Part shown: positions 9,577-20,201 of the stretch, piece by piece | How the letters are laid out: every line of letters starts with the position of its first letter | Position numbering within the stretch: the stretch's first letter is position 1 | Assembly (NCBI GenBank): GCA_964638005.1 | Contig: CAZWXS010000003.1 | Location: 24,405 to 88,404 of the forward strand | Direction: 5' to 3' | Source: an uncultured Lachnospiraceae bacterium | GTDB taxonomy: Bacteria > Bacillota > Clostridia > Lachnospirales > Lachnospiraceae | DNA length: 64,000 nucleotides | Notes under the pieces: generated by a model | Told to the model about the DNA's origin: nothing | Database searches by the model: none | Seen by the model: only the letters and a program-made list of their open reading frames with translations | Program-made: the position numbers and the translations under genes

Positions 9577-10509
9577 ATGGAAGAAAACATAGTAAGAGAA
9601 AGTAACGAAGAAGAGATTAAGCCGGAAGAGCAACAGTTGACAGGAGGTGTGCAGAAAGGGTGGATATTATCCATTCTGTATGCCCTCGGACTGATTGCTC
9701 TGATGCTGGGGATACAGGTGACTCTGGGAATTGCAGGAGCAGTCGTCGAGATGGCCTGGATGCTCATTTCATCAGGCGGTGATACCGAACAGGTCATGGC
9801 GAATTATCAGGAGGAAGTTATGAATAACGGATTCCTTACGACGATATCGGTCATTGCAACGCTTGTAACGACAACACTGTTTGGCTTGTGGTATAAGCTT
9901 AAGTATGTAAAGCATTATGACAGAAAGCAGTTTTGCAGCACTATGAAAGAGGCTTTTACGGTTCCAAAGACGGTATACTTTGTATTAGTGGCCGTGACAT
10001 GTTATGTGCTTGCAATCAATATTGTGAACGTTATCAATTTCTTCAGTTCCGAGTCGGTAGATGCTTATATGCAGGTTGCGGAATCATTGACCAGCGGCAA
10101 CGGTGTACTGTCCTTTTTGCTGATCGTGGTCTTAGCGCCGATAGGCGAGGAATGTTTGGTCAGAGGATTGATACAGCGCAGATTGGGCAAGTACTTTCCG
10201 ATTATAGGAGTTCTCGTGTTGGAAACACTGTTTTTTGGCCTGATGCATGCCAACATCGTGCAGGCATTATATGTCATACCGCTTGGAGCGGCAACAGGTT
10301 ATCTGTCCTATCGGTACAAGTCTGTATTGCCGGCAATCCTGTTTCATGCATTTTATAATTTCACACCAAGAATCATTGCATTGCTGCCGGAAACGATCAC
10401 GAACCAAGACTTGACATGGTATATAGCGGCGGCAGTGTTAACGGTATGTGCGGTTGTGCTTTGGCAGCCGGTGATGGGAAAGGAGCAAAGATATGTTGAT
10501 GAAGATTGA
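9577..10509 (+). CDS. CPBP (CAAX/Abi) family intramembrane glutamic endopeptidase
   Basis: Polytopic. Carries the three CPBP motifs EECLVRG, FGLMH and HAFYN. Confidence 0.9.
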   Translation: MEENIVRESNEEEIKPEEQQLTGGVQKGWILSILYALGLIALMLGIQVTLGIAGAVVEMAWMLISSGGDTEQVMANYQEEVMNNGFLTTISVIATLVTTTLFGLWYKLKYVKHYDRKQFCSTMKEAFTVPKTVYFVLVAVTCYVLAINIVNVINFFSSESVDAYMQVAESLTSGNGVLSFLLIVVLAPIGEECLVRGLIQRRLGKYFPIIGVLVLETLFFGLMHANIVQALYVIPLGAATGYLSYRYKSVLPAILFHAFYNFTPRIIALLPETITNQDLTWYIAAAVLTVCAVVLWQPVMGKEQRYVDED

Positions 10510-10846
10510 ACCGCTTACGGAGAGTTACTTCTATATATTGCTTTGTATGTACAGGGAAGCGTCTCATGGCTACGGCATCATGCAGGAGACATTGCGCCTT
10601 TCAAAGGGACGGGTCAAGATCGGTTCCGGAACGATGTACGGGGCAGTCAGCAATATGATGAAAAAGGGATGGATCAATGAAGTGAAGTGCATGGGAACGG
10701 ATGAAAAGAATAAAAGGATGTATGAATTGACTGAGATCGGAAGGGGCGTTCTGGAGGCAGAAATCAATAGGTTGTATGAACTTGTAGACAGTGCCGATCA
10801 GGTTACGGGGCATATACAGCCGACGGTATCGGAGGTATCAATATGA
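10493..10846 (+). CDS. PadR family transcriptional regulator
   Basis: Winged-helix pattern YFYILLCMYREASHGYGIMQE...GTMYGAVSNMMKKGWI...KRMYELTEIG. Overlaps its neighbours (coupled). Confidence 0.9.
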   Translation: MLMKIEPLTESYFYILLCMYREASHGYGIMQETLRLSKGRVKIGSGTMYGAVSNMMKKGWINEVKCMGTDEKNKRMYELTEIGRGVLEAEINRLYELVDSADQVTGHIQPTVSEVSI

Positions 10847-11379
10847 GTAAACAAACAAAGACATCTTTTGCGGCATATGCGGCATGGAATGTGGAAATAG
10901 AAGAGCTGACACTGAACAGACAGTCAGCGCATGGATGGCAGCTTAAGAAGGGCGGATGCTTTCACACGGTGTATACGGCAGATGACAGTGTTCGCTATAT
11001 GCATAAGATTGACTATAATCCGGATATGACAAAAGAGTCAGAGGAAAAAGAGCGTTATATAGAGATGTTCGAACAGCAAGGCTGGGAGTATATCAATTCT
11101 ACTTATAACGGATGGCACTATTTCAGAAAATCCTATGATGAAAAACTTCCCATCGGTGAGTATGATATCTATACGGATTCTGATTCCTACAGTGTTATGA
11201 TGAAAAGATGGATTCGATTGGGTCGTGTGCTGCAGATCCTGGAACTGTTTCCGGCATTGAGTAATATTTGGATCGGAATCACATTGGACAGTGGAAGCAA
11301 TTTGTTTATGGGAGTACTTTTAGTCGGAGTGATCATCTGGCTGCAAAACGGCATCCATAAGATGAAAGAAAAGATCTGA
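10843..11379 (+). CDS. DUF2812-like membrane-anchored protein (usual PadR partner)
   Basis: ATGA overlap with padR. Soluble N-domain plus two C-terminal TM helices. Family name is from memory of the PadR-DUF2812 pairing. Confidence 0.7.
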   Translation: MSKQTKTSFAAYAAWNVEIEELTLNRQSAHGWQLKKGGCFHTVYTADDSVRYMHKIDYNPDMTKESEEKERYIEMFEQQGWEYINSTYNGWHYFRKSYDEKLPIGEYDIYTDSDSYSVMMKRWIRLGRVLQILELFPALSNIWIGITLDSGSNLFMGVLLVGVIIWLQNGIHKMKEKI

Positions 11380-11433
11380 ATTTCATCTTAGGACTGGAAA
11401 ACATGTTATGAACGTGATAAAATGAATCAAGTT

Positions 11434-11473
11434 GGCACGCATCACAAGCGATGGTTGATGCGTGTCGTTTTTG
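11434..11473 (+). terminator. Intrinsic terminator (end of the PadR operon, upstream of asnA)
   Basis: Stem GGCACGCATCA / TGATGCGTGTC with an 11-nt loop, then GTTTTT. Confidence 0.7.
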
Positions 11474-11498
11474 ATATGAAGAAACAGGAGGAATCTAT

Positions 11499-12509
11499 AT
11501 GAAGAACATTGTAATTCCGGAAGGATATAAAAGCACGGGAACCATCAAGGAAACAGAAATCGCAATCAAGGATGTCAAAGACTACTTTGAGAGGGCACTG
11601 GCAAAGGAACTGAATCTGACACGTGTGTCTGCTCCTTTATTTGTAAAGCCCGAATCAGGATTGAATGATAATTTGAACGGAGTAGAGAGACCGGTTACCT
11701 TTGGAATCAAGGAACAAAATGATGCAAAGGCTGAGATTGTGCATTCCCTGGCGAAGTGGAAGAGAATGGCGCTGCAGAAGTACGGGTTCACTCATGGCGA
11801 GGGTCTGTATACGGATATGAGTGCAATCAGGCGTGACGAGGATACCGACAATATTCATTCTATTTATGTGGATCAGTGGGATTGGGAACGTATCATTGAC
11901 AAGGAAGAACGTACGCTTGAAACATTAAAAACAATCGTGTGTAAGGTATATGAGGCTCTTAAGAATACAGAGGTTTTTATCAATGCAAGATATCCGGAAA
12001 TCAAGAAGATACTGCCGGAGAACATTACATTTGTGACGACACAGGAACTGGAGGATGCATATCCTTCTCTTTCCTCAAAAGAACGTGAGCATGAAGCAGC
12101 TAAAAAGTATGGTGCGGTCTTTATCATGCAGATCGGGGATCAGCTTGCATCAGGTGAGAAGCATGACGGACGTGCGCCGGATTATGACGACTGGAGTCTG
12201 AACGGAGATATCATCGTGGATTATCCGCTGCTTGGCATCGGACTGGAATTGTCTTCTATGGGAATCAGAGTAGACGAGAAGGCATTAAAGGAGCAGTTGG
12301 TCAAAGCGGGCTGCCCGCAGCGTGCAGAACTTCCGTTTCAGAAAGCTCTGTTAGAAGGAAAGCTTCCTTATACCATCGGCGGAGGCATCGGACAGTCACG
12401 TATCTGTATGTTTTTCTTGAAAAAAGCACATATCGGAGAGGTACAGAGTTCTATCTGGCCGGATGATGTTGTGGCATATGCGGAGGATAAGGGCGTACAT
12501 CTATTATAG
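11499..12509 (+). CDS. asnA: Aspartate--ammonia ligase
   Basis: 336 aa. The N-terminus ...[32 protein letters not shown] and the class II aaRS-like core are typical of AsnA. Confidence 0.93.
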   Translation: MKNIVIPEGYKSTGTIKETEIAIKDVKDYFERALAKELNLTRVSAPLFVKPESGLNDNLNGVERPVTFGIKEQNDAKAEIVHSLAKWKRMALQKYGFTHGEGLYTDMSAIRRDEDTDNIHSIYVDQWDWERIIDKEERTLETLKTIVCKVYEALKNTEVFINARYPEIKKILPENITFVTTQELEDAYPSLSSKEREHEAAKKYGAVFIMQIGDQLASGEKHDGRAPDYDDWSLNGDIIVDYPLLGIGLELSSMGIRVDEKALKEQLVKAGCPQRAELPFQKALLEGKLPYTIGGGIGQSRICMFFLKKAHIGEVQSSIWPDDVVAYAEDKGVHLL

Positions 12510-12527
12510 AATACCCTTGTAGATAAC

Positions 12528-13739
12528 ATGAAACTGACTTACAAGCATACGAAGTATGCCTGCTATATCGGCTATATCACTCAGGCGATTATCAATAACC
12601 TGGCACCGTTATTATTTTTGACCTTTCACAGACAGTTTGGAATATCACTTGCTGCCATCAGCGGATTGATCTCCGTCAACTTCTGTGTGCAGATTGCGGT
12701 GGATTTTGTTTCGGTCAAGTTCGTAGACCGACTGGGCTATCGGACATGTTCCGTCATGGCATTTGCAGTATCCGTGATCGGTATGCTCTCGCTTGGAATA
12801 TTGCCGAACATCCTACCGGATGCCTATGTCGGATTGATCATTGCAACGGTGTTCAATGCCATTGGCGGCGGATTGTTGGAAGTACTGGTCAGCCCGATCA
12901 TTGAAGCATTGCCGGGAGATGAGAAGGATTCTGCAATGAGCCTGCTGCATTCCTTTTATTGCTGGGGACATGTAGGCGTTGTATTGATTTCAACCCTCTA
13001 TTTCAATTTGTTCGGAATAGAGAGCTGGATGTATCTTCCTATTATATGGGCGGTGGTACCACTCTTTAATTTGTTCTTTTTTACAAAGGTGCCGTTATGC
13101 AAGCTGGTGGAGGATGATGAACTGATACCGCTCAGACAGGTGTGCAAGCTCAAGATTTTCTGGCTGTTACTGTTATTGATGATCTGTGCAGGAGCCTCAG
13201 AGCAGGCGATGTCACAGTGGTCTTCCTTATTTGCGGAGATGGGGCTCGGAGTATCCAAGACAATGGGAGATCTGCTCGGACCGTGCGCATTTGCAGTCTG
13301 TATGGGAATTGCAAGGGTTATCTACGGAAAATGGGGCTATCGAATGGATCTTAAGAAATTCATAGCGGGCAGCGGCGCTTTGTGTATCATCAGTTATTTG
13401 ATTACGGTATTTTCACCGATACCGGTTGTATCTTTATTGGGGTGTGCATTGTGCGGATTTTCGGTTGGCATCATGTGGCCGGGGGTATTCAGCCTTGCAG
13501 GAGAGTATTGCAGGGCAGGCGGTACGGCGATGTATGCATTATTGGCACTGGGTGGCGATGTGGGCTGTTCTTCAGGGCCGGCGCTGGTAGGCCTGATATC
13601 CGGCGGAACAGAAGCGGGGAGACTGCGTGGACTGCTTGCCATGACGGGGAGTCCGCTCAAGACAGGGATGCTGTTTGCAATTGTCTTTCCGATTGTGATG
13701 GTCATTGGAATTGCGGCACTGCGTAAGAGAAAATCATAG
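12528..13739 (+). CDS. MFS transporter
   Basis: 403 aa with about 12 predicted TM segments and an internal two-fold layout. Substrate unknown. Confidence 0.8.
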   Translation: MKLTYKHTKYACYIGYITQAIINNLAPLLFLTFHRQFGISLAAISGLISVNFCVQIAVDFVSVKFVDRLGYRTCSVMAFAVSVIGMLSLGILPNILPDAYVGLIIATVFNAIGGGLLEVLVSPIIEALPGDEKDSAMSLLHSFYCWGHVGVVLISTLYFNLFGIESWMYLPIIWAVVPLFNLFFFTKVPLCKLVEDDELIPLRQVCKLKIFWLLLLLMICAGASEQAMSQWSSLFAEMGLGVSKTMGDLLGPCAFAVCMGIARVIYGKWGYRMDLKKFIAGSGALCIISYLITVFSPIPVVSLLGCALCGFSVGIMWPGVFSLAGEYCRAGGTAMYALLALGGDVGCSSGPALVGLISGGTEAGRLRGLLAMTGSPLKTGMLFAIVFPIVMVIGIAALRKRKS

Positions 13740-13741
13740 AA

Positions 13742-13770
13742 TTGACAATGTTCACAAAACTTACTATAAT
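13742..13770 (+). promoter_or_regulatory. Consensus sigma-A promoter for alaS
   Basis: TTGACA (13742-13747), exactly 17 nt spacer, TATAAT (13765-13770). Confidence 0.75.
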
Positions 13771-13841
13771 TGAAAACGTTGATTTACAGTGATGATATGA
13801 GAACAGGATGGATACATAATATATATTTAGGAGGAAGTACA

Positions 13842-16481
13842 GTGAAAAAGTACGGGGTAAATGAACTGAGACAAATGTTTTTGGATTTCTTTGAAAGTAA
13901 GGGACATCTGGTCATGAGGAGTTTTTCTTTGGTACCTCATAATGATAATTCCCTGCTCTTGATCAATGCCGGTATGGCACCACTCAAACCATACTTTACA
14001 GGACAGGAAGTACCGCCCTGCAAGAGAGTGGCAACTTGTCAGAAATGTATTCGTACAGGTGATATCGAGAATATCGGTAAGACTGCACGTCATGGAACGT
14101 TTTTTGAGATGCTTGGTAACTTCTCATTTGGTGATTATTTTAAGCATGAAGCAATCGCATGGACGTGGGAATTCCTCACGGAAGTGGTTGGATTAGAGGC
14201 AGACAGATTATATCCTTCTGTTTATCTGGAGGATGATGAAGCATTTGATATCTGGAACAAGGAAATCGGTGTTCCGGCGGAGAGAATCTTCCGTTTTGGT
14301 AAGGAAGATAACTTCTGGGAGCATGGTTCAGGTCCTTGTGGCCCATGTTCAGAGGTTTATTATGACCGTGGAGAGAAATATGGCTGCGGCAAGCCTGACT
14401 GTACAGTAGGTTGTGACTGCGACCGTTATATAGAAATCTGGAACAATGTATTTACGCAGTTTGATGGAGACGGTAAGGGTAATTATGAATTGCTGGAAAG
14501 CAAGAACATCGATACAGGAATGGGTCTTGAGAGACTGGCTGCAGTTGTGCAGGATGTAGATTCCATCTTTGATGTCGATACGATCTACGCACTTCGTCAG
14601 AAGGTATGTGAACTTTCAGGAAAGGAATATCATCAGGAATATAAGTGGGATGTTTCTATCCGTATCGTGACAGATCATATCCGTTCAGCCTCCTTTATGA
14701 TCTCAGATGGTATTATGCCTTCAAATGAAGGACGTGGTTATGTTCTTCGCAGAATTATCAGACGTGCCAGCAGACATGGCAGACTGCTCGGAATCCAGGG
14801 CGCATTTTTGGCAAAACTTTCAGAGACTGTTATTGAGGGCTCTAAAGACGGATATCCGGAATTGTTTGATAAGAAAGACTTTATCTTTAATGTACTGACA
14901 GAAGAAGAAAATAAATTCAACAAGACGATCGATCAGGGTCTCAGCATCCTGAATGATATGTGTGAAGAGATGAAGAAGTCCGGCAAGACGGTATTAGACG
15001 GACAGGAGGCATTTAAACTGCATGATACTTACGGATTTCCTCTGGATCTGACCAAGGAAATTCTTGAAGAAAAGGGATTCAGTGCAGATGAGGAAGGTTT
15101 TGCTAAGGCAATGCAGGAGCAGAAGGAACAGGCTCGTAAAGCACGTAAAGTGACTAATTATATGGGCGCAGATGCAACCGTATATGAGGAACTTGATCCG
15201 GCACTGACTTCTAGGTTCGTAGGCTATGACAGCCTGACACATACCTCTCAGATCACAGCGCTTACAACAGAAGATGAGATCGTAGATGCACTGATAGACG
15301 GACAGATCGGAACGGTCATTGTAGAAGAGACACCATTTTATGCAACGATGGGTGGTCAGGCGGCAGATGTCGGCGTGATCACAGTTGACGGTGGCAAATT
15401 CAAGGTAGAAGATACAGTGAAACTGGCAGGAGGCAAGGTTGGTCACATCGGAAGCGTTGTCAGTGGTATGTTCAAAAAGGGCGATCAGGTTACTTTGACT
15501 GTTGATGAAACAAATCGTACCAGTACCTGTAAGAACCATAGTGCAACCCATTTGTTACAGAAGGCACTGCGTACGGTGCTGGGAACCCATGTAGAACAGG
15601 CCGGATCATTTGTCAATGCAGACAGGCTTCGTTTCGATTTTAGCCACTTCTCAGCAATGACACAGGATGAAATCGCCAAGGTAGAGCAGATCGTCAATGA
15701 TGAAATCGCAGCAGCATTGTGTGTTGATACACAGGAGATGTCCGTTGAAGATGCGAAGAAGACAGGCGCAATGGCGCTCTTTGGAGAGAAATACGGAGAG
15801 ACGGTACGTGTTGTTAAGATGGGTGACTTTTCGACAGAATTATGTGGTGGTACACACGTAAAGAATACAAATACCATCGCGGCATTTAAGATCGTATCTG
15901 AGACAGGTATTGCAGCCGGTGTCAGAAGAATTGAAGCACTGACAGGCGATGGAGTATTCTCTTATTATAAAGAGTTGGAAACAACGATTGAGCAGGCAGC
16001 CAAGATCGTGAAGACGAATCCGGCATCACTGACCGAGAAACTAGAGCATATGATGAATGAGATGAAGTCTATGCAGAGTGAGATCGAATCTTTGAAGAGT
16101 AAGGCAGCCAAGGAAGCACTTGGAGATGTTATGGATCAGGTGCAGGATGTCAAGGGTGTGAAGCTGCTGGCAACAAAAGTAGACGGCGTAGATATGAACG
16201 GTTTGCGTGATCTGGGCGATCAGCTGAAAGAAAAGCTTGGCGAGGGTGTTGTAGTCATTATTTCGACAGCCGATGACAAGGTGAATCTGATTGCAATGGC
16301 AACTGACGAAGCCATGGCGCAGGGAGCCCATGCCGGCAATTTGATTAAAGGAATCGCAGCATTGGTTGGCGGCGGTGGCGGCGGTCGTCCGAATATGGCA
16401 CAGGCAGGCGGTAAGAATCCGGCAGGTGTGGAAGCAGCACTGACAGAGAGCGCAAAAGTACTTGAAGGTCAGCTGAAATAG
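13842..16481 (+). CDS. alaS: Alanine--tRNA ligase
   Basis: FFEMLGNFSFGDYFK, an editing domain and a C-terminal GGGGGRPNMAQAGG (DHHA1). GTG start at 13842 follows AGGAGGA; the track start at 13770 is too early. Confidence 0.96.
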   Translation: MKKYGVNELRQMFLDFFESKGHLVMRSFSLVPHNDNSLLLINAGMAPLKPYFTGQEVPPCKRVATCQKCIRTGDIENIGKTARHGTFFEMLGNFSFGDYFKHEAIAWTWEFLTEVVGLEADRLYPSVYLEDDEAFDIWNKEIGVPAERIFRFGKEDNFWEHGSGPCGPCSEVYYDRGEKYGCGKPDCTVGCDCDRYIEIWNNVFTQFDGDGKGNYELLESKNIDTGMGLERLAAVVQDVDSIFDVDTIYALRQKVCELSGKEYHQEYKWDVSIRIVTDHIRSASFMISDGIMPSNEGRGYVLRRIIRRASRHGRLLGIQGAFLAKLSETVIEGSKDGYPELFDKKDFIFNVLTEEENKFNKTIDQGLSILNDMCEEMKKSGKTVLDGQEAFKLHDTYGFPLDLTKEILEEKGFSADEEGFAKAMQEQKEQARKARKVTNYMGADATVYEELDPALTSRFVGYDSLTHTSQITALTTEDEIVDALIDGQIGTVIVEETPFYATMGGQAADVGVITVDGGKFKVEDTVKLAGGKVGHIGSVVSGMFKKGDQVTLTVDETNRTSTCKNHSATHLLQKALRTVLGTHVEQAGSFVNADRLRFDFSHFSAMTQDEIAKVEQIVNDEIAAALCVDTQEMSVEDAKKTGAMALFGEKYGETVRVVKMGDFSTELCGGTHVKNTNTIAAFKIVSETGIAAGVRRIEALTGDGVFSYYKELETTIEQAAKIVKTNPASLTEKLEHMMNEMKSMQSEIESLKSKAAKEALGDVMDQVQDVKGVKLLATKVDGVDMNGLRDLGDQLKEKLGEGVVVIISTADDKVNLIAMATDEAMAQGAHAGNLIKGIAALVGGGGGGRPNMAQAGGKNPAGVEAALTESAKVLEGQLK

Positions 16482-16510
16482 AAAACAATTCCATATTTAT
16501 AAAAAAATAG

Positions 16511-16538
16511 TTGACGAAATTTCATTTTATGCTATAAT
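16511..16538 (+). promoter_or_regulatory. Promoter for rpsU
   Basis: TTGACG (16511-16516), 16 nt spacer, TGCTATAAT (extended -10; TATAAT at 16533-16538). Confidence 0.7.
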
Positions 16539-16616
16539 CTTATGTAGTGCAATAAAATACCCGTACAGTCGTATGATGCACAATATAGGGCTGGAGGGGA
16601 GGTTAGGTGTGAGACT

Positions 16617-16793
16617 ATGTCAAATGTAATCGTAAAAGATAATGAGACTTTAGATAGCGCTTTACGTCGTTTTAAGAGAAACTGTGCTAAGGCCGGTATC
16701 CAGCAGGAGATTCGTAAGAGAGAACATTACGAAAAGCCAAGCGTAAGACGTAAGAAGAAATCTGAAGCGGCAAGAAAAAGAAAATACAATTAA
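16617..16793 (+). CDS. rpsU: 30S ribosomal protein S21
   Basis: My own translation: [58 protein letters not shown] (58 aa, below the track cutoff). GGAGGGGAGG lies upstream. Confidence 0.95.
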   Translation: MSNVIVKDNETLDSALRRFKRNCAKAGIQQEIRKREHYEKPSVRRKKKSEAARKRKYN

Positions 16794-16800
16794 GCATGAG

Positions 16801-16830
16801 AGTCCTTGGTCAGTTGATCAAGGACTTTTT
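16801..16830 (+). terminator. Intrinsic terminator after rpsU
   Basis: AGTCCTTGGTC / GATCAAGGACT stem with a 4-nt loop, then TTTTT. Confidence 0.8.
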
Positions 16831-16857
16831 ACACTGATAGTAGTGGGGAATTTTGGA

Positions 16858-17952
16858 ATGAGCTATAATGGAGTGAAGAGTGAGGCAAAAGCGAATGTAG
16901 CGGTTGCTACGATTATTGACAGGATGTTTAGGTATATTGTGCTGGCATGTCTTTTGGTACACATTCTTTATCTGCTTGCATTCCTCTATTTCGGTTTTCG
17001 TATGTTTGCGATTGTGAATGTCTTCAGTGTCTTGATTTATGCGATACTGTATATGAAGAAATTCCATCTGACTCCTAATATTCATTTTCTGATGCTGTTT
17101 TTTGAGACAACGGTACATATGGTTCTGGCAGTGCTGTTTTTCGGATGGGATTACGGATTCCAATACTTCTTTATTTTTCTGTTTACGGCGATTTTCATGA
17201 AGGTCGTGAACAATGTGAAATATCTGCCGTTGTATGGGATTTTTGAAGCATTGGTATTCATAGTCATGAGGTATATCACATTTTATATGGAGCCGATCTA
17301 CGGAACGATTGCAGAGCAGGAGGTCGTGAATCAGATCTGTATCGTGAATATAGCCGTATTTTTCACAGGCGCATATGTGCTTGCGCATACTGTGAACAAT
17401 TCTAATCTCCTGTATCGCACCTTGCTGTCCAGAGATAATGAAGAATTGAATGAGCAGGCGCAGGAGGATTATCTGACAGGCCTTGCAAACAGAAGAAGCC
17501 TTTATAATCAATTCGACTATCTGCTGAAGAGTTCGAAAGACAATTTTACATATTGTGTTGCAATCGGAGACATAGATGATTTTAAACTGATCAATGACGA
17601 GTGGGGACATGAGGTCGGAGATGCGATATTGGTCAATATGTCGGATATCATCCGCACTATGGTGAGAGAAGATGACATCGTATGCCGCTGGGGCGGTGAA
17701 GAGATTGTCATTGTCATGCCGAATATGCCGCGGCATCTGGCCTATGAGAGGATAGAGCTGATTCGTAAAAAAATTGCGACAGTGAGTGTTCAGGGACCTT
17801 CGGGGACAATCAATGCTACGATTACCTTCGGTGTATGCAGCAACTGCGGAGAGAACGATTTGGAAAAGGTCGTGTCAAAGGCAGATGAACTGCTGTATCA
17901 AGGCAAAAAGAACGGAAAGAATCAAGTGGTCAGGGAACCCAAAATAGGATAA
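16858..17952 (+). CDS. Membrane-anchored diguanylate cyclase (GGDEF domain)
   Basis: About 6 N-terminal TM helices, then DIDDFKLINDEWGHEVGD and REDDIVCRWGGEEIVIV (an RxxD I-site five residues before GGEE). The start is ambiguous: GTG 16843 or ATG 16858. Confidence 0.9.
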   Translation: MSYNGVKSEAKANVAVATIIDRMFRYIVLACLLVHILYLLAFLYFGFRMFAIVNVFSVLIYAILYMKKFHLTPNIHFLMLFFETTVHMVLAVLFFGWDYGFQYFFIFLFTAIFMKVVNNVKYLPLYGIFEALVFIVMRYITFYMEPIYGTIAEQEVVNQICIVNIAVFFTGAYVLAHTVNNSNLLYRTLLSRDNEELNEQAQEDYLTGLANRRSLYNQFDYLLKSSKDNFTYCVAIGDIDDFKLINDEWGHEVGDAILVNMSDIIRTMVREDDIVCRWGGEEIVIVMPNMPRHLAYERIELIRKKIATVSVQGPSGTINATITFGVCSNCGENDLEKVVSKADELLYQGKKNGKNQVVREPKIG

Positions 17953-17964
17953 ATACGTATCATG

Positions 17965-17989
17965 AAGAGTCTGCTTGCAGGCTCTTTTG
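17965..17989 (+). terminator. Intrinsic terminator after the GGDEF gene
   Basis: AAGAGTCTG / CAGGCTCTT stem with loop CTTG, followed by a T-run. Confidence 0.65.
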
Positions 17990-18077
17990 TTATGTCACAG
18001 GCAATATACTTTTGTTCTATAGGATTCGGTCAGACAATATATATAGTAATTACAACAATTTGACGAGCGTATAAAAT

Positions 18078-19229
18078 ATGAAATTAAGAAAACGATGGAT
18101 TGCTGTATTATTGCTTATTGTGGTGCTCTTTACGACGACCGGATTTGATTCGATCACCATTGCATCACCATCTGCGATATTGATCGAGGCTTCAACGGGA
18201 ACCGTCATTTATGAAAAAAATGCAGATGAGATACTTCCTCCTGCGAGCATCACAAAGATTATGACCATACTGCTTATTTTTGATGCATTGGAAGCGGGAA
18301 AGATACAACTTACGGATGAGGTTTCGGTGTCGGAATATGCTGCTTCCATGGGAGGCTCGCAAGTGTTCCTTGAGCCGTATGAAAAACAGACAGTGGAGAC
18401 GATGATCAAATGTATTGCGGTGGCTTCCACCAATGATGCCTCTGTCAGCATGGCGGAACACATTTGCGGGAATGAAGAGGAATTTGTGAAGAAAATGAAT
18501 GAACGTGCGGCAGGGCTGGGAATGAAGAACACCCATTTCATCAATTGCAACGGCCTTGATGCAGAAGGACATGTGACCACTGCACGTGATATTGCCCTCA
18601 TGTCAAAGGAACTGATTACGAACCACCCTGAATATGAAAACTATTCAATGATCTGGATGGAGAACATCATACATAATACCGCAAAGGGCAGCACAGAGTT
18701 TGGCCTGACCAATACGAATAAACTGGTGCGCCAATATGCCTATACCACAGGTTTGAAGACTGGCTCCACCTCAATGGCGAAATATTGTGTTTCGGCGACA
18801 GCACGCAACAATGACATTGATCTGATAGCAGTCATCATGGCCGCGCCGGATCATCAGGTGCGTTTTAAGGATGCGGTTGCACTGTTGAATTATGGATTTG
18901 GAGTCAGCCAGTTATATGAAGATGCCAATCAGGATACGCTGAAGCCGCAGCCCATTACCGGAGCAGTGAAGGAAAGCGTGGATGTCCGCTATACGGGAGA
19001 ATTCAGATATCTGGCATTTGAGGGACAGAACCTGACGTCCGTTACAAAGGAAGTCAGGATGCAGGAGAAGGCCAAGGCACCTGTCAAGGAAGGTGATGTT
19101 GCAGGAGAAGCAGTTTATATGCTGGGCGGCAAAGAAATCGGCCGTGTACCGATTGTATATGCCCAGACACTGGAGCAAGCAGGCTTTTTTGACTATCTCA
19201 AAAAAACCGTTACAAAAATACTTTTATAA
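18078..19229 (+). CDS. D-alanyl-D-alanine carboxypeptidase (peptidase S11, PBP5 type)
   Basis: Signal/TM segment, SITKIMT (SxxK), STND (SxN) and KTGST (KTG). Confidence 0.92.
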   Translation: MKLRKRWIAVLLLIVVLFTTTGFDSITIASPSAILIEASTGTVIYEKNADEILPPASITKIMTILLIFDALEAGKIQLTDEVSVSEYAASMGGSQVFLEPYEKQTVETMIKCIAVASTNDASVSMAEHICGNEEEFVKKMNERAAGLGMKNTHFINCNGLDAEGHVTTARDIALMSKELITNHPEYENYSMIWMENIIHNTAKGSTEFGLTNTNKLVRQYAYTTGLKTGSTSMAKYCVSATARNNDIDLIAVIMAAPDHQVRFKDAVALLNYGFGVSQLYEDANQDTLKPQPITGAVKESVDVRYTGEFRYLAFEGQNLTSVTKEVRMQEKAKAPVKEGDVAGEAVYMLGGKEIGRVPIVYAQTLEQAGFFDYLKKTVTKILL

Positions 19230-19307
19230 TTGAAAAAGTTATGATATAATACAAGATGTTGTGGAGCGACTTTTTTTGAGTTGCACATTTAGATGTGAGG
19301 AAAATGT

Positions 19308-20186
19308 ATGCTGATAGCAGGAATTGCCGGTGCAATTATATTGATTGCCGCCGTGGCAGCGATACTGATATATAGAGAAAGCAAAGAGTTTTGTGTAACA
19401 TTTTATGAATATCATTCGGATTTGCTGCTAAAGGACAATTACAGGATTGTGTTTTTGTCTGATTTGCATGACAAAGTATTCGGTGAGCATAATAAGCCGC
19501 TGCTTGATGCCATCGACGAACTGAAGCCGGATGCGGTGGCGTTTGCCGGAGATATGGTGACTTCCTCCATGGAAGTCAGGTATGACTATACGCCAACGCT
19601 GCAGTTTATCGGCAGACTTGCCGAAAAGTATCCGATTTATTACGGAATCGGGAATCACGAAGAGAAGTTCAGACGCTGCAAAGAGGTTTTTCCGGATCAA
19701 TACCGGGATCTGACGGAACGGCTGGCTGAGTATGGTGTGCATATCATGATTAATGAGACGGCGCATATTCCGGAGGCGGGTATTGTAATATACGGTCTCG
19801 ATCTGGAGCACGAGTATTATCGCAAGGTGGTTACGAAGCATATTCCGGAGGATTATATGCAGCGTATCTTCGGCAGGGTGTCAGACGATGAGTATTCAGT
19901 TTTATTGGCACATAATCCGGAGCATTTTCCGTCCTATGCAGCATGGGGGCCTGATCTTGTGGTTTCGGGGCATATACATGGCGGAGTGATGCAGTTACCT
20001 GTATTAGGCGGTGTGGTCTCTCCTCAGATGAAGCTGTTTCCGAAGTATGATGCGGGAGAGTACAGCGAAGGAAAGACGAAGATGTTGTTAAGCAGGGGAA
20101 TCGGGTCTCATACGATTCCGATACGTATATGGAACAGGGCGGAAGTGCTCTGTGTGGATTTAAAGAAGAGTACACAAGGAAAGTGA
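19308..20186 (+). CDS. Membrane-anchored metallophosphoesterase
   Basis: N-terminal TM helix, then LSDLHD, GDMV, GNHE and GHIHGG. Confidence 0.88.
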   Translation: MLIAGIAGAIILIAAVAAILIYRESKEFCVTFYEYHSDLLLKDNYRIVFLSDLHDKVFGEHNKPLLDAIDELKPDAVAFAGDMVTSSMEVRYDYTPTLQFIGRLAEKYPIYYGIGNHEEKFRRCKEVFPDQYRDLTERLAEYGVHIMINETAHIPEAGIVIYGLDLEHEYYRKVVTKHIPEDYMQRIFGRVSDDEYSVLLAHNPEHFPSYAAWGPDLVVSGHIHGGVMQLPVLGGVVSPQMKLFPKYDAGEYSEGKTKMLLSRGIGSHTIPIRIWNRAEVLCVDLKKSTQGK

Positions 20187-20201
20187 CAGAGGGGGATAAA
20201 A

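Noticed and set aside
16810-17736. 308-aa ORF on the minus strand
   Set aside because: It lies entirely antisense to the GGDEF cyclase gene, which has clear domain motifs. The composition is low-complexity and His/Ile/Cys-rich, there is no RBS, and no family was recognised. It is a shadow ORF of an AT-rich gene.
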